This document shows, piece after piece, positions 1 through 12,517 of a stretch of DNA of 64,000 nucleotides; the stretch's first letter is position 1, and each line of letters starts with the position of its first letter. The stretch lies in contig OX597818.1 in the NCBI GenBank assembly GCA_951406725.2, forward strand, positions 93,372,001 through 93,436,000, read 5' to 3'. Position numbers and translations under genes: made by a program. Below the pieces are notes generated by a model that was not told the DNA's origin, did no database searches, and saw nothing but the letters and a program-made list of their open reading frames with translations. The stretch comes from Octopus vulgaris. Lineage: Eukaryota.

Positions 1-202
1 AATTTGTACTAAAATGCATTGCTTTTTTTTTTTTTAGTTAGGTTTGAAAATACTGTAAAATTTAGTACTATAAATTTGTTGTTATTAAGCTGGTTTTTGG
101 AGCGTGAACTTTTGATAGGTTTTAATTTAATCACTTGAAAACAGAAAATTTATGTTATCAAACCAAGGGTGATTTCAGGTAGGTTTGTATGAAAAGGGTT
201 AG
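1..202. mobile_element. piggyBac-like MITE family A, partial (right end)
   Basis: Shares its body (gttattaagctgg..., tcacttgaaaacagaaa...) with the copies at 14142 and 44320 and ends in AAAAGGGTTA. Confidence 0.65.
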
Positions 203-2415
203 TCCTACTGTTATGGGAGTGTCACACTTCTAGATTAGCTTTTTGATATAATTACAGGGAGTTTTTTTTTAACAATTCATCAGTGTGTCACCTATGACAT
301 GCATATCATTTGTTTGTTATCAATGTCCTAAGAAAAATTATAAAAGTTAACACAAAATATTTAGTTTGTCTGAAGGTATTAACTATTGGTACGTGGAGTA
401 TCGACTATTTTAGGATACTTTGATCTTTTATTAGTTCTGCCAATGTGTTTATCAGGCTAAGTAACCTTCAGTCCAGAGCATTTTTAATAGCCTTATTCCT
501 TGTCTTTTCCTTCAAGTTCTGCAGGGAAATAAATATCTTTGAAAGGTCACTATTCATCATATGGCTAACATAACCATAAACTGAAGAACAATTTATATAA
601 ATAAGCTCCAGCATTATTTTTATTTATATATGTAATGCAATGAACTTGCCACTTGTGCTTTTTATTACTACAAGGTTATGTATTTGAATTGGGACGCAGC
701 TACTTTATATTCAACTATCATTAACTCTTCCTGCTATCAATCAATTATAGTTCACAACACTGTCTAATATATATACTATTCGAATCACTATGATAACTTA
801 TGTCATTCATTGACCTTCCCCCTCCTTTTATGGAATACTGCATCTTCAACTTGCTCCAAGACAAAAACTGAGTTAGTCTACCCAATGTTACTTTATACAT
901 ATTTGTCTGTCCTAGAATCCAAATAATTATTACTATGTCCTAGAATCGAAATAATCATTATTCTGTCCTCTACAGGTCACCTTCTAAATTATTGACTTTT
1001 ATCCATTCAAACTAAAACCAAACCTAATCTCTTGTTATATGGTCCATTTCATTAAGCTGATGCAAAATAGTGCACTGTTATTTCACTTGTTTTGCACTTT
1101 TAATTCTTTTTTCTTATGTAAATCTTATGTGAGTAAATGTTACAATTTAATAATTTTCATGTGGGCCTGACTATTTGAATATATAGATTAAACATGTTTT
1201 TACATTATTAAAATTGGTTGGTCATTTAAGGTGATATGGCTAACATGTGGACCAGTTTATACTTCACCTGGGCATCTTGCCACCTATGTAGGAAGGCTAT
1301 GAGACTTTGGCACCATCTATTTGATATTGATGATTCAATGCTGAGTTATTTGACGTCAGGCATTTTAATGTTTCTCTTGTTCTTTTTCTCTCTTTATGTA
1401 TGTGAATATTTCTCAGTATGTATGAGAAGGAAACTGTTTATGTTCAAATAATAAATTGTAACCCCCTCTCTCCCTCCCCCCTATCTCCCCCCCATCTCTC
1501 TCCACCCCACCCCCCTGCACATGTGTGTTTGTCTTCAGAACCAAAAAGTATTGTCACCAAAACAGTCTGAATGTCCAGTCAGCTGTACCAAAATATTGTA
1601 TCCAAACAGCTGCACCCAACCATCCCATTCCAATCTAGGAGGGATTCTGGAAAGGCCATAAACCACTGCTCTTTCTTCAACTAACTTACAAAAAGAAAAT
1701 CTGAAAGTCTTTAAAATTCTTTGTATTAATTTCTGATTTGGAGGATATTTTCATGTCAGTTTTCATGATGCATGATGCATCACTTATAATTAAGCTTTTA
1801 GTTAAAAAAATCAATCAGTTACCTTTTATGGAGAAAAAAGTTGCCATTTAGTTTAAATATGCAGATGCTTAATCTAAGACAAAATGAGAAATAAATGTAT
1901 CCAATCTTGTATTCTTTTGATTCTGCATTGCCTAGGCCACTTGTACTTCCATTCACGCATAATTTATTGTTACTACATTTGGTTGCTAAGTTTCTGTTGA
2001 AATACTCTACTTTTGTTTCAGTTAAGTCTGAAAATAATGAAGAATTTAGTGAAATAATTTTATTCTTATGCTGGTGTTTGGGGAACATAAATTAGCATGG
2101 AATTAAAAAAATTAATTTAGAACACTTTAAAACAAGAAGTTTGTATCAAAGCCAGGTGGTTTGTTGGATAATTATCAAAAGGATTGATATAAGAGATGCT
2201 ATTTTATTTTGCCTTGCTAAATGCTTCAAATGAATCTTTTTTAATTCTTAAATTAAAACTAAACAGTTTTTTAAAAAAGTTTTTTGGATATTTCAGTAGA
2301 ATATTTTGAAGTTTATTTCACTTAAAGAAATAAACACATGTTAGTGACCCAACTGGGCTAAAAAAATTTTTTTTTTCTTTGAGCTGACTGACTATAACAA
2401 CCTGTAAGGTATACT

Positions 2416-2643
2416 ATTTCTTTACTACCCACAAGGGGCTAAACACAGAGAGGACAAACAAGGACAGACAAATGGATTAAGTCGATTATATCGACCCCCA
2501 GTGCTTAACTGGTACTTATTTAATTGACCCCAAAAGGATGAAAGGCAAAGTCGACCGCTGCAGAATTTGAACTCAGAATGTAAAAACAGACGAAATACCG
2601 CTAAGCATTTCACCCGGCATGCTAACGCTTCTGCCAGCTCGCC
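2416..2643 (-). mobile_element. SINE family B with TSD, young copy
   Basis: Minus strand reads GGCGAGCTGGCAGAAGCGTTAGC...GAGTTCAAATTC (B-box-like)...CTTTGCCTTTCATCCTTTTGGGGTCAATTAAATAAGTACCAG, a central domain resembling MetaSINE/MESC (from memory). Flanked by the direct repeat cctgtaaggtatact at 2401-2415 and 2642-2656. Confidence 0.85.
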
Positions 2644-2698
2644 TGTAAGGTATACTTAGAATACCTGTGAAACACATTATTAATCAAACTAAAATATT

Positions 2699-2912
2699 GT
2701 TTTCTACTCCAGGCACAAGGCCTGAAATTTTGGGGGAGAGGGCCAGTCAATTAGATCGACCCCAGTACGCAACTGGTACTTAATTTATCGACCCTGAAAG
2801 GATGAAAGGCAAAGTTGACCTCAGAGGAATTTGAATTCAGAACGTAAAGAAAGACGAAATACCACTAAGCATTTCGCCCAGCGTGCTAACATTTCTGCCT
2901 GCTCACTGCCTT
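2699..2912 (-). mobile_element. SINE family B with an alternative 3' tail, TSD-flanked
   Basis: Same head and central domain as 2416-2643 but a different tail (GGCCTTGTGCC...). 15-bp TSD tcaaactaaaatatt at 2684-2698 and 2913-2927. Confidence 0.85.
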
Positions 2913-3239
2913 TCAAACTAAAATATTATTAGCACACCTGTCTTATTCATTTTCATTTATCTTACATGTTCATATGATTTACTTCCTTAATAAGTAATGA
3001 AAATAAAAATCAAATAATTTTTTTTTTCTGTTAAATCCTCTGATGACCAAGGGCTAGTTCAATAAATAACAACACCAGTACCACCACTACTACAACTACA
3101 ACCACCACCACCTGGCTACTTTCAGATCTATTCACTATTGTTTGGTAGTTGGTTTACTTGTAAGGAAAGTTGTGCTTATAGTTTATAACAACGTATAATT
3201 GACATGTCAGCTGAAAGCAGACTGTTTTCTGTGCCCTGC

Positions 3240-3448
3240 TAGTTTTATATCTAAATTGTCAATCATAGCTGTTGGTTCAGTGGCTATGTATGCTCCACCT
3301 ACTTATTCATCTCTGCCAGCCACCCCATTCATGTTTAGTTGTATCCTTCCTACCTACTACTATATTATTAGACAGTCACCTCACTCACTATCACACACAG
3401 TAGCCACACTCCAGGAGCCAACTTTTGGTTAAACTTTTTCTTACAAAA
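3240..3448 (+). promoter_or_regulatory. Candidate core promoter/5'UTR of the long isoform
   Basis: Unique sequence just upstream of the putative ATG. Inr-like TCAGT at 3277-3281 lies about 30 nt after a weak TATA-like tatat at about 3246. Confidence 0.2.
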
Positions 3449-3505
3449 ATGTCTACAGAAAACAAACCAGTTATGCGATGTATCTCTCATGATGAATTCA
3501 AAATG
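3449..3505 (+). CDS. Putative first coding exon of a long FAM107 isoform
   Basis: ATG in an invertebrate-type caaaaATG context. Reads MSTENKPVMRCISHDEFKM, then donor ATG|gtaaca in phase 0, compatible with exon 17042 or exon 56882. Lies in non-repetitive sequence. Confidence 0.45.
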
Positions 3506-5650
3506 GTAACATTTCTACTTTGTTTACTTTATTTTTTACTTATCTTCTTTTCATATGTCAGTAAACTCTGCTTCACATGTGGTATAGGTAAACACAGGAC
3601 ATTGTTTAAAAGGTGATTAGATAGTCAGGAAATCTTAATTTTTATCTTTGTTTACCTGTCTCTTTTGTTGTTGATTTCCTTCTATGAATGACCTTTTCTT
3701 TTAGATGCATTGTGTGAGTGTGTTTGTGTATGTGTGTACAAACATCATATTCTTATCAAAAGTTTCCTTATCATAAAAAATATTATTCATATAAATACAA
3801 ATTTATGAATGTATTTATTTGCGTTTAAATTTAAGTATATATTGCATGTGTATGGTGTGTACACATGCATACATGTACATGTGTTGGAGCGGTTCTAGGG
3901 ATTAACTACAGTTTCCTAATATCCTTATTCTTCTCTCAATCGCACACACACACACACACACACACACTCTTACTCGCACCACCTGGAATATGTCCAAAAT
4001 CTGCTGCTGACCATTTGAATGTTCATCTCCGACCAGGCAGTTACCTACAGATTCCTACCTTTTTCTTTTTTTTAATTTCCATATGTATGTCACTTATATA
4101 TTTACATCTCAATTAATATATACCCATGCCAACATGGAACGTGAACATTAAATAATCGTGATGATATTTAAAGTTCATACGTAACATTCAGTATCTTATT
4201 TACTTATCATAGTTCTGTTTGTAAGAATTTCTGTTACAGTTGATAGTAATGAAGTAAATGTTTACATTTTTTTGCAAGAAAGCTTGTCAATCAATAGCTA
4301 TTACTGACAAATCTGTGCACATGCCAAACCATGTTTTCTCACGTGTCTTGACAAGATACTAACTTGTTACTGATCATCAAAATGTGTTTGATGGTATTAA
4401 TGATAATCATGATGTTGGTGGTTGCGACGGTGGAGATTTAATCTATATATTTTATGTGTCTATTGTAGGATTAAGGTTTTTCACTTAATTGGCACTGAAT
4501 TTTTACTTCTTACTAATGCAGCAAATATTTATTATATTGTTTTATTTTATTTATGCTATAATCTAAGTATCATCTCTATATTTTCCTCTGTTTTTAATGA
4601 GCTTATGTGAGAAGTTATCAGCGTTTGCTTGCACGTGTGAATCTGATTTTGATCTGCAATACATACATTTTTGTTTAGCCTGCACAATATACTGTAAGTC
4701 AGTTGTGTGTATACAGATTTTAAATGTTTGAGTCCCTTAAGATGATCATTTCTGACACTACTTATTTAGGGTTCGTACCCCCTCCTTCATATGTCAGGGT
4801 TTGAACTCACCATTGCTAACTAATGAAACACTCATTGATTAATTGTTGAGGAGTGTTTCTTCTGATGGAATGAGACAAATGGGTGTGGATGTTCAGATAT
4901 TGATGATTTGGCACAGCTGAATGACCATTCAATCTGTTTTAGAGCTGAAGGCAAACACACACACATGCACACACACACGTGTACATAGAAAAACAGAAAG
5001 AGAGAGAAAGATAGAAAATGAAAGAAACCTTAAAATGTCTGATGTCAACTAAGTCAGTATTAAATCAGTGATTCCAAATAGTGCCAAAATGTCTCAAAAC
5101 CCTTCCACTGAAGGCTGTAAGCTATACCATCCTTTGTACCTATTTTCATCTGGATACATTGGACCTGCAATTAAAATCTTTTGGCCTTGGACAAAGTTCA
5201 GCACCAATGATAGGAATACAATAAACTCTGGATCCATCAACCACTATTTAATTGCCTTCACCATTAGATAATACTCTGAGTTTAGTTAGAATAACTTTAC
5301 TAATAGAAATCTTTTAAAGACTGTTCACCTCATCATTACTCTCTTTTCGTAAAACACATTTTAAGCAGTTTAGTTTGTGTTTATCATCAAATATCATGTG
5401 TATATAGATGTACTGCAATGAAAACCTGGAGATATTGCATGAAATAACAGTTTATTAGTTCAATTTTAGCTGAGGATACACACACACATGTTGAACATAT
5501 GACAATTGAAGTCTAAACCATGTTTAAAAAGTAATTACAGAAAAGATGAAGCTATTTAGTCCCCAAAATGTTTAATTAGTCATCATAAAAATTAATCACT
5601 AGTATCTTTCCAGTATAAAGTATTAGTGGACTACAGTTTGTTGTTATAGT

Positions 5651-5656
<6 letters not shown>

Positions 5657-5698
<42 letters not shown>
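5657..5698. repeat. (TA)n microsatellite
   Basis: Pure TA run. Similar (TA)n/(CA)n tracts occur at about 5890-5960, 24913-24941, 27985-28009 and 52886-52925. Confidence 0.95.
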
Positions 5699-5703
<5 letters not shown>

Positions 5704-5705
5704 CT

Positions 5706-5889
5706 TGATTCAGTCATTAGGCTGTGGCTGTACTGGGGCACTGCCTTGGAAACTTTGAAGGAATCAGTCCCAGTACTTTGTTTTCTAAGCCTGATACTTA
5801 TTCTATTTGTCTCTTTTGCCAAACTGCTAAGTTATGAGGATGTAAACACATCAGCACCAGTTGTCAAGCAGTGATCTCTCTCTCTCACT

Positions 5890-5962
<73 letters not shown>

Positions 5963-6125
5963 CACGCTTCTTCTTTCAGTTTCGGCCTACCAGATCCATT
6001 CACAAGGCTTTGGTCAACCTGAAGCTATAGCATAAGACACTTGCTGAAGGTACCATGCAGTGGGACTGAACCTAGAACCATGTGGTAGGGAAGTAAACTT
6101 CTTACCACGCAATCACACCTGTGCC
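5706..6125 (-). mobile_element. tRNA-derived SINE family A1 with internal microsatellite
   Basis: Diverged reverse complement of the 46039-46426 copy. Confidence 0.8.
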
Positions 6126-7156
6126 TATATATAATTTTGTCACTTGTCTTTGTTTCATGAAACTGTCTTTAACAAAACAAGATATTGGGTGGGCTTTTAG
6201 TTGGTTTGAAATTTACAAATTTTACAGAGAAAAATGCAAGAAATGCTTTGATATTACTGGTGTAAATTCTTGAATAAGGACTCGCTTATAGAACTGATAT
6301 ATGCTGGTGAGGTGATCTCTAAGAATGGATGTCTTGAGCTGCTCACAAATATTTGCTGTAGCAGTCCAATGAGTATTGATTGTAATTGGATGATTATGTT
6401 GGTGATAAACATGAGCAGGTATTCCAGAATTACATATTTAGGCCCCACAGTCTATATAAATTCCTTTCCCACATCATCCATGCTGCAATGTATGGATGCT
6501 CTTTGTAATGCTAACTTCTGAAATAAATGAAGAATACAGATTTTATGATAACAATTAAATCAAACTTAGAAGGTATACTGTCAAATGGTAACTTGGGTTT
6601 TGGCCATCGTTGGCCCAGATTATGTCTAACTAAATAGCTCACTTGGACATTATAGCCTACATAAGTAGGAAGTTGCTGTTTGTATCTGGGTGTTGTTGTA
6701 TTTGGATATCAGTGGTTTGTCTGGTATTTCTTAGAGGAATTTTTCTAGGTATTATTTGAATATTATGGAGCCTTTTTCTTGTTTGATTTCTTTTGGAATA
6801 ATTTTGAACAAGATAGGACCAGTTGGGGTGAAAGATAAACATCATGTTTCTATGTGATGTGAACTTGATTTTTGTAAAGGGTATATGGCATGGCAACCAA
6901 GCCTTTGGTGACATGTGAACTTGATATCATTTGGACAATGTTGATGGAGTATTTTCCACATAGTACAAATGATGTCGCCCTCAGGCCAGTGTTAGAGAGA
7001 GTGGAGTTTGAGCTTTTTGAGGCAGTCTCATCATTCAAGGCCTATCATTTCATTTATTAATAATAATCTAGATATTCATTATAGAATTAACTTTACTGCT
7101 TTGTTTTTCTTTTATTCATTATCACCATCGTCTGTTTTCTTTGCTACCATAGTTTT

Positions 7157-7193
<37 letters not shown>

Positions 7194-7399
7194 AATGTTT
7201 AAATTTTTCTGATTTTCTTTTAATTTTGGTTTACTTTATGAACTGATATATATCACCACCATTACCTTGAGATACTGGTGATTGGGGCAGTCATATTACA
7301 AGTACACTCTGAACAATGTGTCATTAAAGTGACTTGTCTTTTTAAACAAGATAGTTGTTTACATGTTATGTAACCTTAATAATACTGTCAATCTAACTT

Positions 7400-7760
7400 T
7401 TATTTGCTTCAGTCATTGGACTGCAGCCATGCTGGAATACTGCCTTAAAGGGTTTATTTGATGAAATTGATCCCAACACTTATTTTCAAGTTTGGCTCTT
7501 ATTCTTTCAGTCTTTTTTGTTAATCTGCTAAGTTACAGGGACATATACCAACACAAGATATCAAACAGTGGTAGATGCAAACATACACACACACACACAT
7601 GCATATATGACAAGCTTCCATATAGTTTCCGTTTACCAAATTCACTTACAAAGAAATGGTTGTCCTAGTACTATAGTAAAAGACACTTGCTCAAGGTGCC
7701 ATGCACTGAGACTGAAACCAAAACCACATGGTTACAAAGCAAGCTTCTTAACCACACAGT
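7400..7760 (-). mobile_element. SINE family A1, diverged
   Basis: Collinear with the 46039-46426 copy on the minus strand (cagtcattggactgcagccatgctgg...agacacttgctcaaggtgccatgca). Confidence 0.75.
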
Positions 7761-7859
7761 CGAAGAATATCTACTTAAGTTACTCTTCATTACTACTAAC
7801 TGTCTTCAGTGGTTTATTATTAAGCTGAAGTAGTCCCTGTATGTTTAAATAAATCCTCA

Positions 7860-8250
7860 TCATATGCTGGCATTGGTTGGACAGTTTGACAGGAGCTGAC
7901 CAGCTGAAGAGTTGCTCCGGTTTCATGTCTACAGCTGGATGCCTTTCCTAATGCCAACCACTTTACAGAGTGTATTGGGTGCTTTTACACAGCACTAGCA
8001 CCAGTGTGTTTACATGACACCGGTATGGGTGCTTTGTATGTGACATCAGCACCTATGAGCCCACAAGATTAAGAATCCTCATCTAGAGAGGGACACAGGG
8101 GACATGCTTGTATGCAAGGACAACCATACTTTTACTTAGCTTAACATGTCTTTTCAAGCACAGCAAACCACCAGAAGTCTTGGTCCCTTGTCATCCTCTC
8201 TTGAGTCCCAACATCTATAGATCTTTTATCACCTCTTTGACTCATGTCTT
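7860..8250 (-). mobile_element. RTE LINE 3' end (ORF C-terminus plus 3'UTR), older subfamily
   Basis: Carries the cagctggatgcctttcctaatgccaaccact tail. Bases 8135-8250 are a frameshifted version of the ORF end seen at 33190-33310. Confidence 0.7.
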
Positions 8251-10679
8251 AGAAAATTGATACCATAATATAGCGATAATCTAGCAAGAGTTTTTCTACT
8301 ATTAGAGATATCAAAATTAAAATATAGTTAGTTAAATAAACATAACTTCAGCATCATCTCTACTTCAACATCCATTTCACCATGCTGGTGTTTGTTAAAT
8401 GTATCTGCATTATGGTAATTAGACTTCTTGATCAGTATCATTCTCAGACCAAGCAACTACTTCTATTCATACGCTCAACAACTGTTATAAAAATGTAAAA
8501 GCAAAACAAAGGCAAAAAAAAAAAGATAGTAGTATCAGACTAATTAAAATTTTTTACTAATTAAGAATGTTAATTACATTCACATCACTGATAAGTGACT
8601 TGCATAAAGTACATTCTGTTCTAAAAATAATTCCTTTAATCATAAGCATTGTGCCAGCATGGCCACAGTCCTTGGGCTGATCTAGATGAAGAGTAATGTA
8701 AATGTAGAAAAATTCTCTCTGTATAGTCTATGAATATTTGTACTCTTTTATTATGGTCGTTCTAATTTTTCAAATAGACGCAGAATTGGTAGGACACTGA
8801 ATAAGATACACTATAGTATTTAGTTATACCCCCTTATATTCTGCATTCAAATCCTGAGCAATCTAACTTGACTTTTCATTACTCCAGTATTTATAAAATA
8901 GGTATTTGGGTCTTTATAATCAACTATGCCCAGCAGGAACACAGTAAAATTATTGAAACTTCTAAAAACAATACAATTCCATATTACTGAGTTGAGGAAT
9001 TACATAAAACTGTTTATACTAGTCAAACTGGTGTCCTCATTTTGATTGTTACTTTCATTACATTTCAGTTGTTCTATCAGAATTTCAAACCTAATCCCAT
9101 ATTTGATCTACCGGGGTGCACTGTTCTCATTGTGTTCTCTGCAGTTCGTGACATTTTTTTTTCTTGGTGCTTCAGTTGCATTATGTGAATTGCCTTTGTG
9201 CTTTGCCTAGGATCAAATTCAGAACCTCTTGGTGCTATGAAGCAAAAAAAAAAAATGTCACAAAATGCAGACAACAGAATGAGAACTATGTACTCCTGTA
9301 AATCAAATAAGCAGTTAGGTTTGAAATTCTGATACAACAACTGAGTTCAACACAAGACTCTTGAAGAAGGCTGGAGCATACAACAGCCAAAACATAGTGA
9401 AAGTAACAATCAAAATGAGGTCACCAGTTCAACTAATACTAAAAGGAAACGAATACATTTAAATTAGCAAGCTAGATTTTTCTCTAAAGGGATTTGTCTG
9501 GATACATATGAGTATTTGAAATTGATAGAAACTACCCCATAGAACAGTTCAGTTAGCTTATTTAGATGTACCTGTTTAACTTTCCAGGATTTTTCTAGAC
9601 AATTACAGTGGCATTTCACTACCTCTAATTTTAGTTGTACAGGAGGTTATATAATCATTATACTGCAATTTGATAGTTATTGTACCATAAAAACACTGAA
9701 ATTGTCAGTGGCTAAATATAGGGGTAAATATATATTCATATGAAGAGAAAGAGAGAAATGAATACAATTCTATACATATTTATATGTGATTAAGCAAGCC
9801 ATAGGATCTTTTCAAAAATGTTTCTTTTCTCTTCATAAAAAATTCTTTTTATCTCTATATATTTTGTGTATTTAGATTGTTAGCAATAGTCATCCATTTT
9901 TATCTGCTTGGTTAGTATATATTATACATTATTTATACTTACAAGTTTGTTTTGTTTTTCTAAACCTTTCAACACGATCCTCTGATTCACCTTTTACACA
10001 CTATCCATAGATTTAGAAAATAGTTTCTGCCCTCTGATTAAATATATGCTTTATTAAATATTAGCATTTTGAGAGGTTTTGCAGGTATGTTATTTCTATG
10101 TATGTCTTAGGTCATGAACATTTTAATATAATCTTTTCAAATATCTTGTGCTGAAGTTTAATTTACTATTGAAAAAAACAGAAAAAGTGTGATCTAACAA
10201 GAATGATTCATGGTTTCTCACTGATCTTAGTTTTGGAAAGGTGACTAAAATTAACGTTTAGTGGTATGGATGTTTTGGTGTATGAAATTTTGCATTAATC
10301 TCTCACTCTTTCATGCTTGATAAACACTCCATTTCTGTATACAGCTGATTAATTTAATATGGAAATCAATAAGGAAATCAGTTGTGAAGAAATCAATATT
10401 GTGGTATTTTAAACATCACCTTAAATAATATCGCATTCCTGTCTATTTTAAATTTTCTACCATTACTATAAATAACAACTTATTTCTTTCTGCTTAAAAA
10501 AAGGGAAGCTGACTGACATGAACCTTCCCCATCCTTTTCTATTTTTCTTGAGCCCTAGTCTCATAAGGCTGGTTTCCCAGTTTCCATGGCATATAAGTGA
10601 CCAAGTTCACAACAATCCCCCTGAATAGAATGCTGGTCTGTTGCAGGATTCAAAGCCAGTAATTTTGAGGATAGTAGAC

Positions 10680-10972
10680 ATCATCATCATTGTTTAACGT
10701 CCGCTTTCCATGCTAGCATGGGTTGGACGGTTTGACCAGGGTCTGGGAAGCCAGGAGGCTGCACCAGGCCCAGTCTGATCTGGCAGTGTTTCTACAGCTG
10801 GATGTCCTTCCTAACGCCAACCACTCCGTGAGTGTAGTGGGTGCTTTTTATGTGCCACCAGCACAGATGCCAGGCGAGGCTGGCAACGGCCACGATCAGT
10901 TGGTGCTTTTTACATGCCACCGGCACAGAGGCCAGTCAAGGCAGCGCTGGCAACGGCCACGTTCGGATGGTA
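10680..10972 (-). mobile_element. 5'-truncated RTE LINE 3'UTR copy
   Basis: Has a (GAT)n tail and high identity to 34890-35212 and 32649-33050. It is inserted into a SINE (tail 10540-10650, family B head 11020-11172). Confidence 0.8.
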
Positions 10973-12128
10973 CAAGTCATTAGTTGACAAGTCATTTATA
11001 TTGCCCCCACCCCTTCCATTGTACTTGACTGGTATTTAATTATATTGACTCTTGAAGCGATGAAAGGCAAAATCAACCTCAGCAGGATTTAAGCTCAGAG
11101 CATAAAGAGTTTGAAGAAATGCCACTAAGCATTTTCTCTGATGTGTTAACGATTTTGCCAGCTCATTGCTTTACGAAACCCCTAGAGGTAGTAAAATAAC
11201 TGGGTAAAATGATGAATTTAAAAAAAATTAAAATTTTTCCTGAAATACACTGCCTTTGTGTCAGTGGTTTAGAAGTTTGCTTTGCAACTGCATGTTTATG
11301 TTTGCCACTCACCTCTGCTTGACAACCATTGTTGGTTTGTCTACATCACCTATGACATAGCATTTCATTGAGTGACTGATAGAATAAGTACTAGACTTGA
11401 AAATAAATACTGAATTCAACTTGTTCAAATAAAACCTTCCAGGTAGTACCTCAACATGGTGGCAGGTTCTGTGGGTTGTAAGATAAAGGTATTGAACTGG
11501 CTAAAATTAATTTTAGTGTGGGATTTTTATGTGTGTATGTGGTAAGATCATTAAACTGACTGGCTTGATTTACAGTTTGAGCTCAGTTTCCTAATGAACA
11601 GTGAGTAGTTTGATGAGAATTTATTATGTTTTACTCCATAGTAAGGAGTAAAACATTGAGAATTTCATAAGTAGAACAGATCTCTTGTAAATATTGATAA
11701 AGAGTTTATAAAACTAAAATCTTTGATTTGTTATTAGTAGCTCCTAGCAAATTGTTGATAGACATTGGTAATGGAAAATCAAAACGATTTGTTGGTTAAG
11801 TCTTGAATCCAAAGGTATTAAAGTTTTACTTAATCACAGCTCTTTAAATGATATCACACGGATAGATTGATTTTTGAGCTCTGTTACTATACTTTTCAGT
11901 ATGTTTAGAACCATTTAAATGGTGGAAAAAGACAAAAATGTTTTTCATTGCTGCAGAGAGAATATTAACCTTTTTGTTATCATTATTTCTGTTGAAATGC
12001 TCTGCCTTTGTTCCACCAAATTCTGCAAATAATGAAGAATTAAGTATAATTTTGTGGTTATTAACCTGGTGTTTAGGCTGTAAGTTACCATGAAAATGAA
12101 AGTGTTAATTTAGACCACCTTAAAACAA

Positions 12129-12517
12129 TTCTATATTTAAGAGATGAGGAATTATGTACATTATTTACATTTGACGGATATTTGTCCCCATCTTGCTTTT
12201 TGTTAACACAATGTTTTGGCTGATATACCCTCTAGCCTTCATCAGGTGTCTTGGGGGAAATTTCGAACTTGGGTTCTCATTCCTAAGGTGTTTTTTTTTT
12301 ATGTTATTATTATTCAGGTCACTGCCTGGAATCGAACTCGGAATCTTGGGGTTGGTAGCTCATGCTCTTAATAATAATAACATCAAAAAAATACCTTAGG
12401 AATGAGAACCCAAGTTTGAAATTTCCTCAAGACACCTGATGAAGGCTGGAGGGTATCAGCCGAAACGTTGTTAACAAAAAGCAAGATGAGGACAAATATC
12501 GTCAAATGTAAATAATG
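12129..12517 (-). mobile_element. Non-autonomous retroelement: tRNA-like head plus hammerhead-bearing body with an inverted duplication (Penelope-like/retrozyme-like)
   Basis: 13-bp TSD caccttaaaacaa at 12116-12128 and 12518-12530. Inverted arms at 12159-12314 and 12370-12517. B-box GAGTTCGATTCC on the minus strand at 12328-12339. Confidence 0.8.
12431..12475 (+). ncRNA. Minimal type I hammerhead ribozyme motif
   Basis: gacac-CTGATGA-a-ggctg(gagggtat)cagcc-GAAAC-GTT. Intact core boxes, 5-bp stem II and palindromic AACGTT stem III. The 3' strand of stem I lacks 2 nt relative to the mirror copy (gtgtt). Confidence 0.7.

Noticed and set aside
908-968. 28-bp tandem duplication (also a 22-bp repeat at about 31308-31360)
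   Set aside because: Ordinary slippage duplications with no further structure.
1461-1515. C-rich tract (G-quadruplex potential on the minus strand); similar G-runs at about 47390-47450
   Set aside because: Simple low-complexity runs with no supporting context.
5040-5340. Possible Helitron helicase relic on the minus strand (VLSNGEG, MYPD)
   Set aside because: The similarity is too short and fragmentary to support without a profile search.
12315-12369. tRNA gene
   Set aside because: Only the T-arm/B-box and part of the anticodon region are present, with no complete acceptor stem or D-arm. It is treated as a SINE head, as are the other A/B-box matches in the window.
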